Assembly: GCF_006345805.1 (NCBI RefSeq)
Contig: NC_042999.1
Span: forward strand, 124,806,001 to 124,870,000
Length of the DNA stretch: 64,000 bases
From: Octopus sinensis
Lineage: Eukaryota
Direction: 5' to 3'
Part shown: positions 24,091 through 38,324 of the stretch, in pieces
Layout: every line of letters begins with the position of its first letter
Position numbering within the stretch: position 1 is the first letter of the stretch
Translations under genes and position numbers: made by a program
Notes under the pieces: model-generated
Seen by the model: the letters and a program-made list of their open reading frames with translations, nothing else
Database searches by the model: none
Told to the model about the DNA's origin: nothing

Positions 24091-24348
24091 TACAAATATA
24101 CAGATCAATTTTGTCTTTAATTTAATTTAATTTAGAATATCATAGTGAAAACAGGGACAGAAAATTGTTTTACAATTAAAACTTATTTTAATCATAACAT
24201 TAATGAAGTTTGTCTCTAAGATTCATATTTTTGTTTGACAATGTTGCAAAAACCGTCATTTTAAGTTGTGTGTATTTAATAGTAATGCGTGCGTGTATGT
24301 GTGTGTGTGTGTGTGTGTGCGCACATGCACGTGTGTATCTTTATATAT

Positions 24349-24405
<57 letters not shown>

Positions 24406-24422
24406 TATATATATATATATAT

Positions 24423-25182
24423 AAGAGGCAACTCCAGGTCATCAGCATCACTCAGGCTCATCACAGATTTCGTCACTCAGGTTCATCACACACTTCACAT
24501 AAGAATTTCGCGCTTTTCCAAATGGCTTATTTTTCATATCTAGCACTATGTCTTTCTCCATTTCTAACTTAAGGGTAAAAATAAAGCAACCCTGCAAAAC
24601 ACAACTGATCTTTGCACTCAGACACTCAGAATAACAGTAACCAAACAATGACAGCGGATTGCATACCAGACATCAGTAATCTGACTGTCGCCTGTACTCT
24701 TAACAAGAGATACCAGTTAGTATTTTACACCTACTAGGCTTGTTTGTATTAGCCTGAGTTGCTGGATCATTTTCTTTCCTTTAAGTATATTGTTTTTTCT
24801 TAATTGGAATTTAAATCCTAATCTCTATAGAAATTTATGGTTTCAAGAAAACATTGAATTTGAATTACTCGTAATTTTTACGGTTATAGATAACAGCTTG
24901 GGCTGTAACTGAGCCTGAGTCAGGTACGTGTAAACAATGTCAAGAGAACATCAGCGACGAATGATATTTTTTGACACAGGGCACCCCTAAGATGACCTCC
25001 AGATGCTGAATAAAAATAAATGAACTGCAACCAGGCTCAATAAAAGGAGCCCAAGTTATTGGCTACAATTACATACTTGAAGTCAGTTGGCAGAAATTAA
25101 ATCAGCTTGCAAATACATGTTCACTTTACGAAATTTATACTTGGGGTAAGCCTGAACAGCCCAAGTGCCGGAGTCACCACTG
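24423..25182. mobile_element. Possible old non-autonomous DNA transposon in (AT)n
   Basis: Degenerate inverted ends AAGAGGCAACTCCAG and CCGGAGTCACCACTG (10 of 15 match), bounded by TA runs. Confidence 0.3.
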
Positions 25183-27014
25183 ATATATATTTATATATAT
25201 ATATTATATATACACAAACACACACACACACACATGCTTCAGCTTCTTGATGTCAATCTTCACTTTGTTTTATATCTTCTTAGGTTTTTCTCTTCCATTG
25301 GTTCCATCCCCTAGAAGAGCTCAGCACTTCTTTACACAACTGTAACCCTGTATTATAACAGCTAACTACATCTGTGCATCAGCTATCTATAATATCTACC
25401 TTCTCTGCCTGCCTGCCTGCTAACACCAATGTATGACCATAGTTTATGCTGGGTACACCGTATGAAATCTCAACCAACTTATTTTCTGCGTAATGAACAC
25501 AACCATTTCTTTACAGTAACAGTGTCTTGTTTTCTTTCTTACTAAAATTTTCTTTGAAACTAAAAAGCACATTGTAAGGTCAATGATATTTTACTGGAAT
25601 CCTTATTATTTTCATTCAAGAGAATTACACTTATTTCAAACAAAACTTAAGTATTTGAAGAAACATTCTTCTTTCTCTCTTCAATCTCAATCATGAATAT
25701 AACATACCCTATATTACTATAACATTTCATTGTGCAAAATCTATTGACATAAAATTCACTAAGTGTTACACTTCTACCATATACTTTCTTGTAGTCTCTC
25801 TCTCTCTCACACACACACACACATCTGTGCACATGCACATACTTAAAATGCATTTTTCCAACTGTCTTCATCTCACTCAGCTTCACAAGTTTTAGTATAG
25901 GGATTTTCAAAATTGGATGCCAATCCTTTCACAAACTGCAACATCGGAACATATAGAGGACGCTGACATCAGGGGTCTTGTTAATGTATAGTTTAAGGAG
26001 AGTTGACTTAATGGGTGCAAGAAGTGAGCATTGCACCTTCAATGAGTGTGGGATGAGGTATCCCTTACTTGAAAAATGAGAAAGGGTGAATGACAGAGAG
26101 GGCATCCAGCTGTAAAATGATACTTCAATAATATAATTGTCTGACCCATTCTAGCATGGAAAATCAGATGAAGAAACAAACAAAGCAAAAGAATACACAT
26201 TCATACATACATAAATACACACACATACACACACACAAACACACACACACATTCATTATAATTACACACACTCACACATGTACTTACATATACATATATT
26301 GATACACACACACATATATATAATACACTTAAATGCATATGTGCATGTGTGTATATGTGTGTGTGTCTGTGTGTGTATGTATGCATGTGTGTGTATGAGC
26401 TAGAAAGTGTCTGAGTAGGCAATAAAAGCGTAACACTTAAGATAATTTTATGCCACAAAAGACAAGCCATTTCAGGCTGAAAGATTGCTTGGAAACACAC
26501 TACTTGCTATACCGACTTAATCCAGTAGTCAAGCTTTCACAGCATGAAACTAATAGCAGTTTGAATTTAAATCCTGTGTATATTAAATGATAATTATCTT
26601 TCACTGGATGGAGAATATTTTTTGTTGATTTCACCAATAACAGAACAGTACACTATATATACATACATACATATGTACATGCATACATAACATACATACA
26701 TGTCATACATATATAAATACATACACACACACACACACACATACATACATACATACATACATACATACATACATACATACATACATACATACATACATAC
26801 ATACATACATACATACATACATGTAATTATATATATAATACACAAACACATACACATGGGACCATGCAGGTGCAAAACAAAATGTAGAAAATTATACCCA
26901 AATATCAAGGGTGGAGTAAAATAATAATCTATTGAGGGTCACATAATCAGTCATCAGATAATCATGAAAACTATGGTTTATAAGAATTTGTAAGTATTTA
27001 TAGAAAGTGTTGTA

Positions 27015-27232
27015 ATTCTTTTCTACTCTAGGCATAAGGCCTGAAATTTTTGGGGAGGAGGCCAGTCAATTAGATTGACCCCAGTATGTAACTGGTACTT
27101 AATTTATCAACCTTGAAAGGATGAAAGGCAAAGTTGACCTTGGCGGAATTTGAACTCAGAACGTAAAGATAGGTGAAATACCGCTAAGCATTTCACCTGG
27201 TGTGCTAATGTTTCTGGCAGCTCACCGCCTTT
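27015..27232 (-). mobile_element. Abundant SINE (same family as 12397)
   Basis: Full-length reverse copy with flanking AGTGTTGTAATT / AGTATTGTAATT target duplication. Confidence 0.9.
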
Positions 27233-27707
27233 GATAGTATTGTAATTAATTCATAATAAATCATTGAATAAAATGCAAGTTGATTGGGCATGATGTTATT
27301 ACTATTCAATATAACAGGAATCTCTTGGAAGAAAAACGATTGACCATAATGGAAAAACATGAAAGAGATTGGGATCCCTAGAAACTACTACATTGTAATA
27401 GAAAATATCTGTTATGCTATACAGATGCAAAAGATCACATATTTTACAAATAAATTCCTCTATTTACATAATATTGGGGTCTCTTTCATTCTTTTGTTGT
27501 CTTACCATTTCTATCAATATATATATATATATTTTTTTTTAAAGGTGTAGCGTTTGTAAGAGTCTGGATTGAATTGATATATCGGTTCCATTCTAGCAAA
27601 AACTGTCTGATGAACGGCAACGAGAAACTCAGAGTAACAGATTTTGTTGAATTTTCTGCTGCTTTAAATAAAGTATATATTTATATATACATATATATAT
27701 ACATATA

Positions 27708-27888
27708 TCATTATCATCGTCATTTAACGTCCGCTTTCCATGCTAGCATGGGTTGAATGATTTGACTGAGGACTGGCAAACCAGATGGCTGCACCAGGCT
27801 CCAATCTTGATCTGGCAGAGTTTCTAACGCCAACCACTCTGAGAGTGTAGTAGGTGCTTTTACGTGCCACTGGCATGGAAGCCAGTTA
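27708..27888 (-). mobile_element. RTE LINE 3' end fragment
   Basis: CATTTAACGTCCGCTTTCCATGCTAGCATGGGTTG... family terminus. Confidence 0.8.
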
Positions 27889-28889
27889 CAGATGTAAAAG
27901 ATCAGCAGCTGCCAAAAAGTATCTGCAAAATACTACTTTATTATCATTTATTGATATTATTTTGTTACCCAGATTGCTTGCAATGTAGCTCATAAGAAAT
28001 ATTTTCTTGATGGTCACACCAATGGCATTCCAGAACCAGGATATAACTACACTTGAAAATAAATCTGATAAATATCAATCACATGCAAAACGCAATGAAA
28101 ATGATACAGAAGTTTAGCTACTCATCAAATATGGACACCTTATCTAAAGTTGTAAAGCTTGAGAATATCAATGGTGAACCACTGCAAAGCCTACAACTAA
28201 CTCTTGTATATTAGCTATGAATTGTTATGTATATCATAGCTTAGTTTACAGCTATTGTATTATGGCTATAAACTGTCATTTGTACTTGTTATCATAGGTG
28301 GGGGTTTTCCAAAACAACAAAATAAAATATGGTGACTCATCTCCTCAAAATCAAGACAATTTGTGGTGCATGCAAAACATTTAAAAAATTCTGTTTCTTA
28401 GTTTCTTGCAAGGACACATATAACATTACACATGTACATATATCATACATGCACAAGTTTGTACATATATATATACATATATATACATAATGAGTTAGCA
28501 AGCACATGCACATGTTACGAAGAGACATATACATTTGTCACTTGAGTGCAACCATATTTACACATTCACAAACACCTATACATTTGCCGCACACTCACAC
28601 ATATGCAAACATAAATTCAATTCATATATACGCTTAAGTGAGTTCACATTCACAAAGCCACAAATCCCCGGATTTGTCATGAATCAAACAAAGAATGTTT
28701 GTCAATTTGCCAACGATAAACCAGAGCACTGGGAAAAAGAACTGAAATAAATTTCATGGGAAAACATGCACATATATAAAAATATATACACAGACAGACA
28801 CACACCCACACCCACAAACAACATACACACACATATGTACAAACATATATATATATAATATAATGTATATATATGCACGTATGTGTCTA

Positions 28890-28957
<68 letters not shown>

Positions 28958-29021
28958 CATATATTATATACATATATATATATATACATATACATATATA
29001 TACACACACACAGACACACAC

Positions 29022-29090
<69 letters not shown>

Positions 29091-29136
29091 GTGTGTGTGT
29101 GAGTGTGTGTGTTAGAAGGTTTGGATGTACAGGTAT

Positions 29137-29272
29137 TATATATTAGAAGAAATGAGGTACTCAGAAATCTGGATGGTTTTATATTTACAGATATTTATTA
29201 ATATTTATTAATAAATATCTGTAAATATAAAACCATCCAGATTTCTGAGTACCTCATTTCTTCTAATATATA
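29137..29272. repeat. Perfect palindrome (67-bp arms, 2-nt loop)
   Basis: TATATATTAGAAGAAATGAGGTACTCAG...TATTAATA-TT-TATTAATA...CTGAGTACCTCATTTCTTCTAATATATA. Confidence 0.95.
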
Positions 29273-29277
29273 TATAT

Positions 29278-29530
29278 GGCGGTTGTCTACTCCTTTTGCA
29301 GAATTTGACTATTTCCTGTACCCATCCCTTAGAATGATCTATGCATCTGATGTGGCTTTTTAAACCAGACTATGTTTTGAGAAGACACCCATATAGATTG
29401 CATATCCGATTTGGTCCACCAAAAGCTGCAGTTAAGTTCTGATATTTGTGGATCTTAAAATGTCTTTTGAAGCCTCCATTAGATTTGCAGACCTTTTGGC
29501 ATACATTTCATTAGAAGATATATACTTCCA
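29278..29530 (-). mobile_element. LINE (RTE/BovB-like) C-terminal C2H2 zinc finger relic
   Basis: Minus strand reads VCQKVCKSNGGFKRHFKIH...ICNLYGCLLKT*SGLKSHIRC, with a stop codon. Confidence 0.5.
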
Positions 29531-30114
29531 AGACATATATATATATACACATATATTGTTCCTCGGATAGTTGTTCTGAAGTTCTATGCTCAAGCACAAA
29601 TCCTGCTACTGTTTTTACTTTGTTCCTTTCAAAGTCTGTGATGAAGTTCATGGTGTCTCTCTCAGCATCAACTTACCAAAATGAGTGCCTTTACCCTTCA
29701 TATAGTGTATATCTCCTCATGTGCAGCTAATGCATTGCAGTTTGTCTTTATGAAATTACACATTCTTCATATATGACAAATTGTTCAATCATAGAGAGTG
29801 TTTCTTAAAAATGATTGTAAGAAAGTTATCATTCAGTTAATTTTTCTGAAATGATGTGGCATAAATGATGTACTTCCAAGGTATCTAAACGACCTGACCC
29901 ATTTGAGAGGCTTATTGTCAATCATTACATTTGAATCTTATTCAGTCAACCCAAATGCATGAGCTGTTGTAGCAGACTTGTCAATCATTTCCTGAATTCC
30001 CTCAAATGTATGAGAAATCAAAGTGCAATCATCAGTGAACAGAAAATCCCATAGAATCTCTTCCTTTATCTTTTTTTCTTTTTGATATAAAGCATTGCCT
30101 ATTCAGATTTAGTA

Positions 30115-30720
30115 GACCTCCATTGACCCCACTGGGGTCAATGTAATCAACTTACTCCCTATCCTAAAATAACTTACTTTATCAACTCTGAAAGGATGAA
30201 AGACAAAGTTGACCTCAGTGACATTATCATTATTAAGGCAGTGAGCTGGCAGAATCATTAGCACACTGGGTGAAATACCACTAAGCAGTATTTTGCCCAT
30301 TGCTATGTTCTGAGTTCAAATCCTGCCAGGGTCAACTTTGCCTTTCATCCTTTCGGGGGTCGATGAATTAAGTACCAGTGAAACACTGGGGTCGATGTAA
30401 TCGACTAGTCCCCACCAAATTTCAGGCCTTGTGTCTTTAATAGGAAGGATTATTATTATCTTTATCATGTTATTGAGTAAAAGAGCAGCATACACCATCA
30501 AAGTGACACTGGGGTTCAAATATATGAAGCCCAAAATACCCATCATGGCTTCAGTTTCTGTTTACCAAATCCACTCATAAGGTTTTGGTCGGCCTGAGGC
30601 TATAGTAGAAGACACTTGCCCAAAGTGCCATGTAGTGAGACTGAATTAAGGACCTTGTAGTTGGGAAAAAAGCTTCTTACAAAATAGCCATGCCTGTGCC
30701 TATCACAGCCATACCTGCAC
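30115..30720. mobile_element. SINE cluster (partial minus copy, full plus copy 30235-30455, CORE-type SINE minus 30545-30720)
   Basis: Matches to the two dominant SINE consensus motifs seen elsewhere in the window. Confidence 0.8.
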
Positions 30721-32179
30721 TTATATGTTTATTGTGTTGGGTGGTGAATATTTTTAGTATGCACTGTGTGTTTGATATTATGTATTTCTTTGGCAAACAA
30801 TGAGTGTGTATATATATTAGGCACAGAATGTGTATAGCATTAAGAGCTGATGGTGTGTAGAAGTGTTAGCTGCTGCTGTGTAAGTTGTTGGTATTGGATA
30901 TTGGTTATGTAGGAATGTATGGGTATAGTGTTATTTTGTAGATTATTGACCATATAGAGTATATAGCAAGTGACTTATGTCATTTTATTGGGTTTTGATT
31001 ATATAGAGAATATGTTGTGTGCAGAGAGTGTACTATTCAAGGCATGCACTTGAAGTGAAAGTGTCTTGCAAAGGATGTGAGCTGTATCTAGTAGAGCTTT
31101 TTATGGCACAGTGTGTAGACTCATATATTTTTTCCTTAGCCATCTGTGTATCATACTTAGTTATATACTCCATTGACAGGCATTCTGCTGGAATGACCTT
31201 TTGCTTCCCTTCAATGTACATACTATGTTTTTAAATGAGGCACATCTATCAGAGATTTTATCTCAGATGTAAACAACAGTATGTGCCTATCTTCAATGTA
31301 TATACATTTAGTATGATACATACTGGCTACTTTAATTTAGTATTGCTTCGATTGCATACACCAGATTATTTATTCAACCTAGCAGCTATTTGCAATATCA
31401 GTGAATTTATTCAACCTAGCAGCTATTTGCAATATCAGCGAATATTCACTGCTTCCCATATTAGTGGTAACAAATCTTGCTCAAGCATGTAGCTGGCTGC
31501 AAGTTCATTTCATTGACAAAGCCTCTGAAAGAGTATATACTTTAAGAATGATACAAAGCTGGTTATTTTAATTTAATGCTGCTCCAATTGCATGCATCAG
31601 ATTAAATTTCATATATTGTTTATCATACCTAGATTTTATATATATCGTTTATCATGCCTAAATTTCATATATTATTTATCATACCTAGAGCTCCAGTTAT
31701 ATTATTGGTACTGTTTTTACTTCATGCCTCCAATCCTATTTATTTCAATTTTAGTTTCCTCCACTTCCTTTCAGGCGTTGTTTTGACCAACAATCATAAT
31801 GTCTATCAACTTTCATGTATTTCCTTTCCAATCCTTGATAATTGTATCTGGACAATTTGGATAGGCATGTTCCAAATGATTGTGGCTCAATTGTTGCCAC
31901 ATCAAATGTTTGATAGATGTCTATACCATTTTTTTAATTCATTATTACATAAAAGTATTGGCATATAGTCTTGTTGACATAGTCACTGATTCTATCATGT
32001 CTGTAAATATATTCAGACTTTTGTTTTCAGTTATTCATCTTTTTCACCACTCCTTCATGATTTAAAGACAAAGAAAATCTTTTCTCTCTTCCCCCAGAAA
32101 ATGGCTCTGTCCAAAACATTGAAAACTCTTCACTCTATGGTATAAAATCTCTGAAAACATTACTCTTTCCCTTTATGTA

Positions 32180-32690
32180 TCATCCTCATCATCATCATCA
32201 CCATCATTGTTTAACGTCTGCTTTCCATGCTATCATGGGTTAGACGATTTGACTGAGGACTGACAAATCAGATGGCTGCACCAGGCTCCAATCTGATCTG
32301 GCAGAGTTTCTGCAGCTGGATGCCCTTCCTAATGCCAACCACTCCGAGAGTGTAGTGGGTACTTTTACATGCTACTGGCATGAGGGCCAGTCAGGCAGTA
32401 CTGGCTACAGCCATGCTCAAATGGTATTTTTCTACGTGCCACCTGCACAGGAGCCAGTCCAGCAGCACTGGCAATGACCTCACTCAAATATTTTTCTTGT
32501 GCCACCAACACAAGTACCAGTAAGGCGACACTGGTAACGAATCGCGCTCGAATGGTGCCTTTTAAGTGCCACCAGCATGGAAGCCAGTTAGCTGCTCTGG
32601 CAACGGTCACGCTTGGATGGTGCTCTTAGCACTCCATTAGCAAGGATGACAGTCATGCGGTGCTGTCATCGAATTTGATTTCGATTTCAT
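32180..32690 (-). mobile_element. RTE LINE 3' UTR fragment
   Basis: (CAT)n then GCTGGATGCCCTTCCTAATGCCAACCACTCCGAGAGTGTAGTGGG and tandem units. Confidence 0.85.
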
Positions 32691-33204
32691 ATGTATATAT
32701 GTATGTGTGTGTGTGTGTGCGTGTGTGTGTGTGTGTGTGTATGCGTGTGTGTGTGTGTGTGTGTAATTTCCAGGATTTAAGAGAGTTAGATACTTAAATA
32801 GTAAACCACCCAGGTCAAGTTGGTGATAGCACTTTCGTGTACAAACAGTATTTAAGGACAAATACGTACTTACTAAAGTAAGCACAGATTTGTTCTTTGG
32901 TTGCACATACATTCACAAAAGGCTAACTGAATACACGAGTCAAGGTCACACGTGGGTGTATATATATATATGTTTATGCATATATATATACACAGATGCA
33001 TACAAGTGTGTCTATGCTTGTGTGCATTCTTTGTAGTGTTTACTCCCTAAAAAGGAGGTAAATCAATAAAGGGAAGTAATTCAATAAGGGAACAGCTACT
33101 TCACTACTTCATACAAAAAAATTGGTAAAACTAGTACCAAAGTAAAATAAAGAGTAGCTCAAATTAGAGCTACAAGTCCAATTTAATAAAATATATTGAA
33201 ATAT

Positions 33205-33382
33205 AGGTGCAGGAGTAGCTGTGTGGTAAGTAGCTTGCTTACCAACCACATGGTTCTGGGTTCAATCCCACTGCATGGCACCTTGGGCAAGTGTCTTCTA
33301 CTATAGCCTCGGGCCGACCAAAGCCTTGTGAGTGGATTTGGTAGACGGAAACTGAAAGAAGCCCGTCATATATATATGTATG

Positions 33383-33415
<33 letters not shown>

Positions 33416-34000
33416 GTATATATATATGTATATATATATACATGTGGAGGCGCAATGGCCAAGTGGTTAGGGCAGCGGACTCGCGGTTTCGATACCCAGA
33501 CCGGGCGTTGTGAGTGTTTATTGAGCGAAAACACCTAAAAGCTCCACGAGGCTCCGGCAGGGGGTGCTGATCCCTGGTGTACTCTTTCACCACTCTTTCT
33601 CCCACTCTTTCTTCTGTTGGCCTGCTCGCTTAGCCAGCGGGGTGGCGTCATTGGAAGGCTAAAACAATGCGAACACATTGTGACCAGCAATGTGTAACTA
33701 CATCTGATGGACTGGTCGGTCACGTGATCACGTGATATATATATATACATACATATATATGTACATGTATGTGTATGTATGTGTGTGTATATGTTTGTGC
33801 GTCTGTGTTTGTCCCCCCCAACATCGCTTGATAATCAATGCGGGTGTGTTTACGTCCGTGTAACTTAGCAGTTCAGCAAAAAGAAACCGACAGAATAAGT
33901 ACCAGGTTTACAAAGAATAAGTCCTGGGGTCGATTTGTTCAACTAAAGGCGGTGCTCCAGCATGGCTGCAGTCAAATGACTGAAACAAGTAAAAGAGTAA
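33205..34000 (+). mobile_element. tRNA/CORE-type SINE with internal microsatellite, hosting a nested SINE
   Basis: GGTGCAGGAGTAGCTGTGTGGTAAG..GGTTCAATCCC..ACCTTGGGCAAGTGTCTT head, tail ..CAGTCAAATGACTGAAACAAGTAAAAGAG. Other copies at about 34880-35250(-), 40688-41070, 53356-53750 and 55965-56270. Confidence 0.9.
33444..33736 (+). mobile_element. tRNA-derived SINE (head A + tail 2), nested in (AT)n
   Basis: GTGGAGGCGCAATGGCCAAGTGGTTAGGGCAGCGGACTCGCGGTTTCGATACCC. The tail is shared with 58226-58337. Confidence 0.88.
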
Positions 34001-34009
34001 ACCTTTGTT

Positions 34010-34357
34010 CAGCAGTTCTCAGCCATTTTTTTTTTTTTATCTATGGATCCCTTTGATTACTATTTTATTCTGGTGGACCCCAAAGCCATTTGAAGTTTAC
34101 AAAATAGTTTTATTGATAGTTCTTTAAAAATTCCTATTTTGCTTTTCACACATTAATTCATGTAAGTTGAATTATGTAAAAATGTTAGAGTAAGAAACCT
34201 AGCTGTTTCTTGCAATAAATACATCTAAAGCAAAATTTTTTCATCAACCCTTAAAATACTAATTGTGGATCCCCAATTTACTATTTCCCTTGCATTGTCC
34301 CACAAAAATCTTATTTGGGCTCCTTGGGGGTCATACTGACCCAGTTGAAAACCACTG
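34010..34357. mobile_element. hAT/Charlie-like MITE
   Basis: Ends CAGCAGTTCTCAGCC and GTTGAAAACCACTG, matching the CAGTGGTTCTCAA-type TIR. Confidence 0.65.
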
Positions 34358-35539
34358 CTCTAGTTGAAAACTGGGGAACAGAGCAGCATCCAGTTTCATG
34401 TAATCTTCTAGTGTAATGCAGGATATGGACTCAGTCCTGTAAAAAAATAGAGCACTCATGAATTATATAATGCTACGTCACTTACTTCTGTGCTGACAGA
34501 TGAGCTTTTACATGTTTATTTAATCTGCAAGAAACTGCATGTAAATTTCCCTCAAAGTACATCTTAGAAATACAAAAAATAGGAAGGACACATCAGAAAG
34601 TGCAGCTCTAGTTGTATTGAAAATAGTATGTGATGGTCTTGATTGGAATACTTTAATTATTAGTCTTCTTGATTTGTGCTGACTTTTAGACTAAATAGCA
34701 AATTGTTGTGCCTGTGGACTGAGCTAATTGCAAGTCAAGTGTCTTAGTATTAAACACCAATGATAGATAATTGCCAACTTTACATGCAATAAACCGATAT
34801 CATATTTATAGTCAGCTGAGACTCACATGTACGTACGTGCATATGTATGCATACATGCATGTGTGTATGTATGCCTCTTTTATCTTTTACTTGTCTCATT
34901 CATTAGACTGTGGCCATACTGGGGCACCACTTTGGAGAATTTTAGTCAAATGAATTGACCTCAGTGCTTTTTTTAAGCCAGGTACTTATTCTATCAGTTA
35001 TTTTTGCCGAACTGCTAAGTTACGGGGACGTAAACACACTAACACCGGTTGGCAAGCAGTGGTGGGTCACAAAAATAGAAGCACACACACACACACGTAT
35101 ATATACGACGGGCTTCTTTCAATTTCTATCTACCAAATCCATTTACGAGGATTTGGTCGGCCTGGCTCTAAAGTAAAAGACACTCCGGGATTGAAGCTGG
35201 AACCAATAGTTTGGGAAGCAAACTTCTTACCACACAGCCAGCACCGTACCTATGCATGTTTGCATATACGTTCGTATGTCTTTCTGTATGCATTTCTATT
35301 TTTAATTCTTTGAAGTCTGACGTTCTGTATGCATGTATATGTGCATATACATTGCATAAATATATATATATATATACACACAGAGGAGGAGAGAAAGAAA
35401 AGAGAGACACCCACACACATGTGCATCTATGAGAAAATAATTGCATGCACCACAAGCCCACCCTGACACAACACACGCAACACAACACTCTCACCACACC
35501 ACTCATACAAACAAGTAGAACATAAAACAAACAAAAAAA

Positions 35540-36000
35540 TCACATGAACACAAGAACGATAATTCAACCAATCAGAGAGCTCGTTACAAACGTTACCGCC
35601 ATATTTCTATGCATGTGAAAGGAGAAGTTATGTATGAACATTTGGTCTCATTATTGTCCGAATTAATTGATAGGAAACTCTGGTGGGAAGTCTGATCACT
35701 CTAGGTAAGCTAATTTTAACACGAAGCAAAATTATTTGCTTGTTGCTTATATATGTATATATCATAAATAGATATATGCGTTTATAAAGGTTTGAAGTGT
35801 TCGTCTGTAAATGCATTTGCTTCGTAGAAAATTTGCAATTGAAATTATAGCAGACAACATCACTTGTTTTTTAGTCTTTGACTGGATGTAAATGTTTACC
35901 TGCGGTGCCGACATTATCGCTATCTTCAAATGTAGTGTTACCGGTGAATAATTTGAAAAAGTTCATTTATTTTTCTTATTAATTTTTTCTTTAGGGGAGA
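35540..36000. promoter_or_regulatory. Putative promoter / first-exon region
   Basis: CCAAT box at 35568-35572, YY1-like CCGCCATATT at 35596-35605, visibly CpG-retaining unique sequence, and adjacent ATG + splice donor motifs. Confidence 0.5.
35900..35914 (-). CDS. Candidate first coding exon (MSAPQ) of an unidentified minus-strand gene
   Basis: ATA ATG TCG GCA CCG CAG|GTAAAC: A at -3 and a strong donor, inside the CpG-retaining zone. No downstream exon confirmed. Confidence 0.3.
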
Positions 36001-36014
36001 AACTAATCAGTGAC

Positions 36015-36705
36015 ATTATCAGGGCTTCATTTTTCTAGGGTCGATAAAACGAAGTACCAGTCAGCTAAAGTATTTATGGTTAATTTTATATCGACTGCAC
36101 CCTTCTCCAAACGTGTGGCTTTGTGTCTACATTTTTGAAAATTTTGCTGCTAGTTCTAGCGAACTCTTATTACTTTTTATAGGATGCTCTATTGACTCGT
36201 AGCAATAATAATTGCTTCTGATTAAGGTACAAATCCGGTAATTTCGAGGGCAAGTGGGTTAATCGAGCCCAATACTAGATAGTACCTTATTCGACCCAAA
36301 GGGCTGAAACACAAAGTTGATCCTAGCTGGATTTGAACATCATATATAAAGAAATAATAATAATCTTTTCGACTTTAGACACAAGACATGAAATTGTGGG
36401 GGAGGGGTCTAGTCGCTTAATTCGACCCCAGTTCTCAAATAGTACTTTTTTTTTATCGACCCTGAAATGATGAAAGGCAAAGTCGATAATAATTATTTTA
36501 AATTGTGGCACAAGGCCAGCAGCTTTGTGGGGAGAGGTGTTGATTATATCGACTCGAGTGCTTGACTCGTACTTTGTTTTATCGACCCTGAAAGAATGAA
36601 AAGCAAAGTTGACTTTGGCAGTATTTGAACGCAGAACGTAAAGAGCCGGAAGAAATGCTGCTCAGCATTTTATCCATCACGTTAACTATTCTGCCATCTC
36701 GCCCA
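36015..36705. mobile_element. Cluster of four old SINE copies (12397 family) retaining CpG
   Basis: GGGTCGATAAAACGAAGTACCAG(+) and three minus copies with TCGACCC..GAAAG motifs. Confidence 0.75.
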
Positions 36706-38156
36706 TACTGCTAATAATAATAATAATAATAATAGTAATAATTGTGGTGGTTTCAAAAATAATAATGATGAAACTTTTCTGCAAGGTGAAATGTCTGTTG
36801 TTTTATGTGTTGTTATTTGTGTCTTCATTTCTCCTTTTTTTTTTGTTTTTGTTTGAGGAGGATGTTGTTACTTTAAAACCCTGTTGCCGATTCGTTATTA
36901 ACTGATGCATTTATAACACATGTGCAACCTTTATGTATATGTCGAATGTGTGTAACTATATACTGACTCATGTTATGATATAGGAGAAATGCTGAAAGTG
37001 CGTGGGAGAGTCTGGATAGAAGAAAACGTTTGGAATTATACTTTAATATCATATTGCAGATAACCCTGTTAGTTTGTATCTATATATTTTATTACTTATA
37101 TATACACACACACACACAATATATATATATATATATACAGACCAGACATATATATCGTGTTAAACTTTGCGGTAGGTCGTGGTGTTTTTGAGAATACAAC
37201 CAAAGGGAAAACAGAGACTTATCAACAATGATTCAATAGCGGAATGACGACTATTAAAAGACTACGTTTTTCCTGTTTGTGTCCTGCTTGAGTAGGGTCA
37301 TATGTTTATTTATTCTCTCAAAGTAGTGAATAAATAACGGCATTTTGATATAGAAATGAATTTTTGGGTAGGGGGTCAGAGTACCGCCCACAATCACGGG
37401 CAGAAATCGAAGACTAAATCAGCTGAAAATATATATATATAAAAAACAAACTGTCTGGACTATATTTTTTTAGGGAAATAGTCTCCATAAGATGTTTCTT
37501 TTGTTGTTTAATGTGGTTTAACAATAAATAAATCATTTTCTTCCTACTTTTAATTCCCTTTAAATGATGACAGTGTCTTTAGTTTTTAAATAAAAATAAA
37601 TTCATATTTTTTCCTCCTTATTTTATGTACACCTTTTTGGGTAGGTAGATTGTGGCAGTGGGATTGCTTAGGTACTATTGTACCGACAACTGCCAAATTA
37701 ATTGGCAGTTATTGATTGTTGATAGTAAAAGTCAGTATGTATGCAACTAGTCTGGCCTCCCTCCAAATGATAACAAATGCTATAAATCGACTCTACTCAA
37801 ATAAGAATTTAGCATTTTATGAAATTAAATTAAAACTATGAATTATATTGCATAGTGATACAGATTTCATACATTTCTATCCTAAAAATCTGTTTTCTTG
37901 CTTTCTCTTTCCAATGATAAACAAATATATATCTTTGACCTGATGTATACAATTTTCTTTCATTATTCAAATTGTTTATGTATATATATTCTATTTTTTT
38001 ATTTACAACTTGTTGAGATACAGTTTAAACGATTGTATTATTCCATTCATAACTCGGGTTCATTTCTATAGAGTGACACAGATTTTCTTTTCATGTATAT
38101 TTTCATATATTTCTCTCTAAGGTGTAGCTCTCTCCCTCCCCTCTCTCCCTCTTTCA

Positions 38157-38204
<48 letters not shown>

Positions 38205-38324
38205 TCATATTCAAGTGTGTGCGCGTATAAATATATGCAAATATTTGAATATAAATATATGCAAATATCTCTGCGTATACATACACAAATGTGTGTGTGT
38301 AAAGGTATCCACTTATCAGCAACA

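Noticed and set aside
29278-29530. Host C2H2 zinc-finger gene (a family expanded in octopus)
   Set aside because: No TGEKP linkers, contains a stop, and fits the terminal zinc fingers of RTE/BovB-like LINEs.
30720-32060. Several 60-100 aa ORFs
   Set aside because: No coherent protein. The minus strand shows only faint RT-like remnants and short tandem duplications (31365-31445, 31605-31690), so probably very old LINE debris.
33444-33505. tRNA gene
   Set aside because: A and B boxes are present, but the cloverleaf is incomplete and continues into a SINE body. The same holds for 58073 and 33205.
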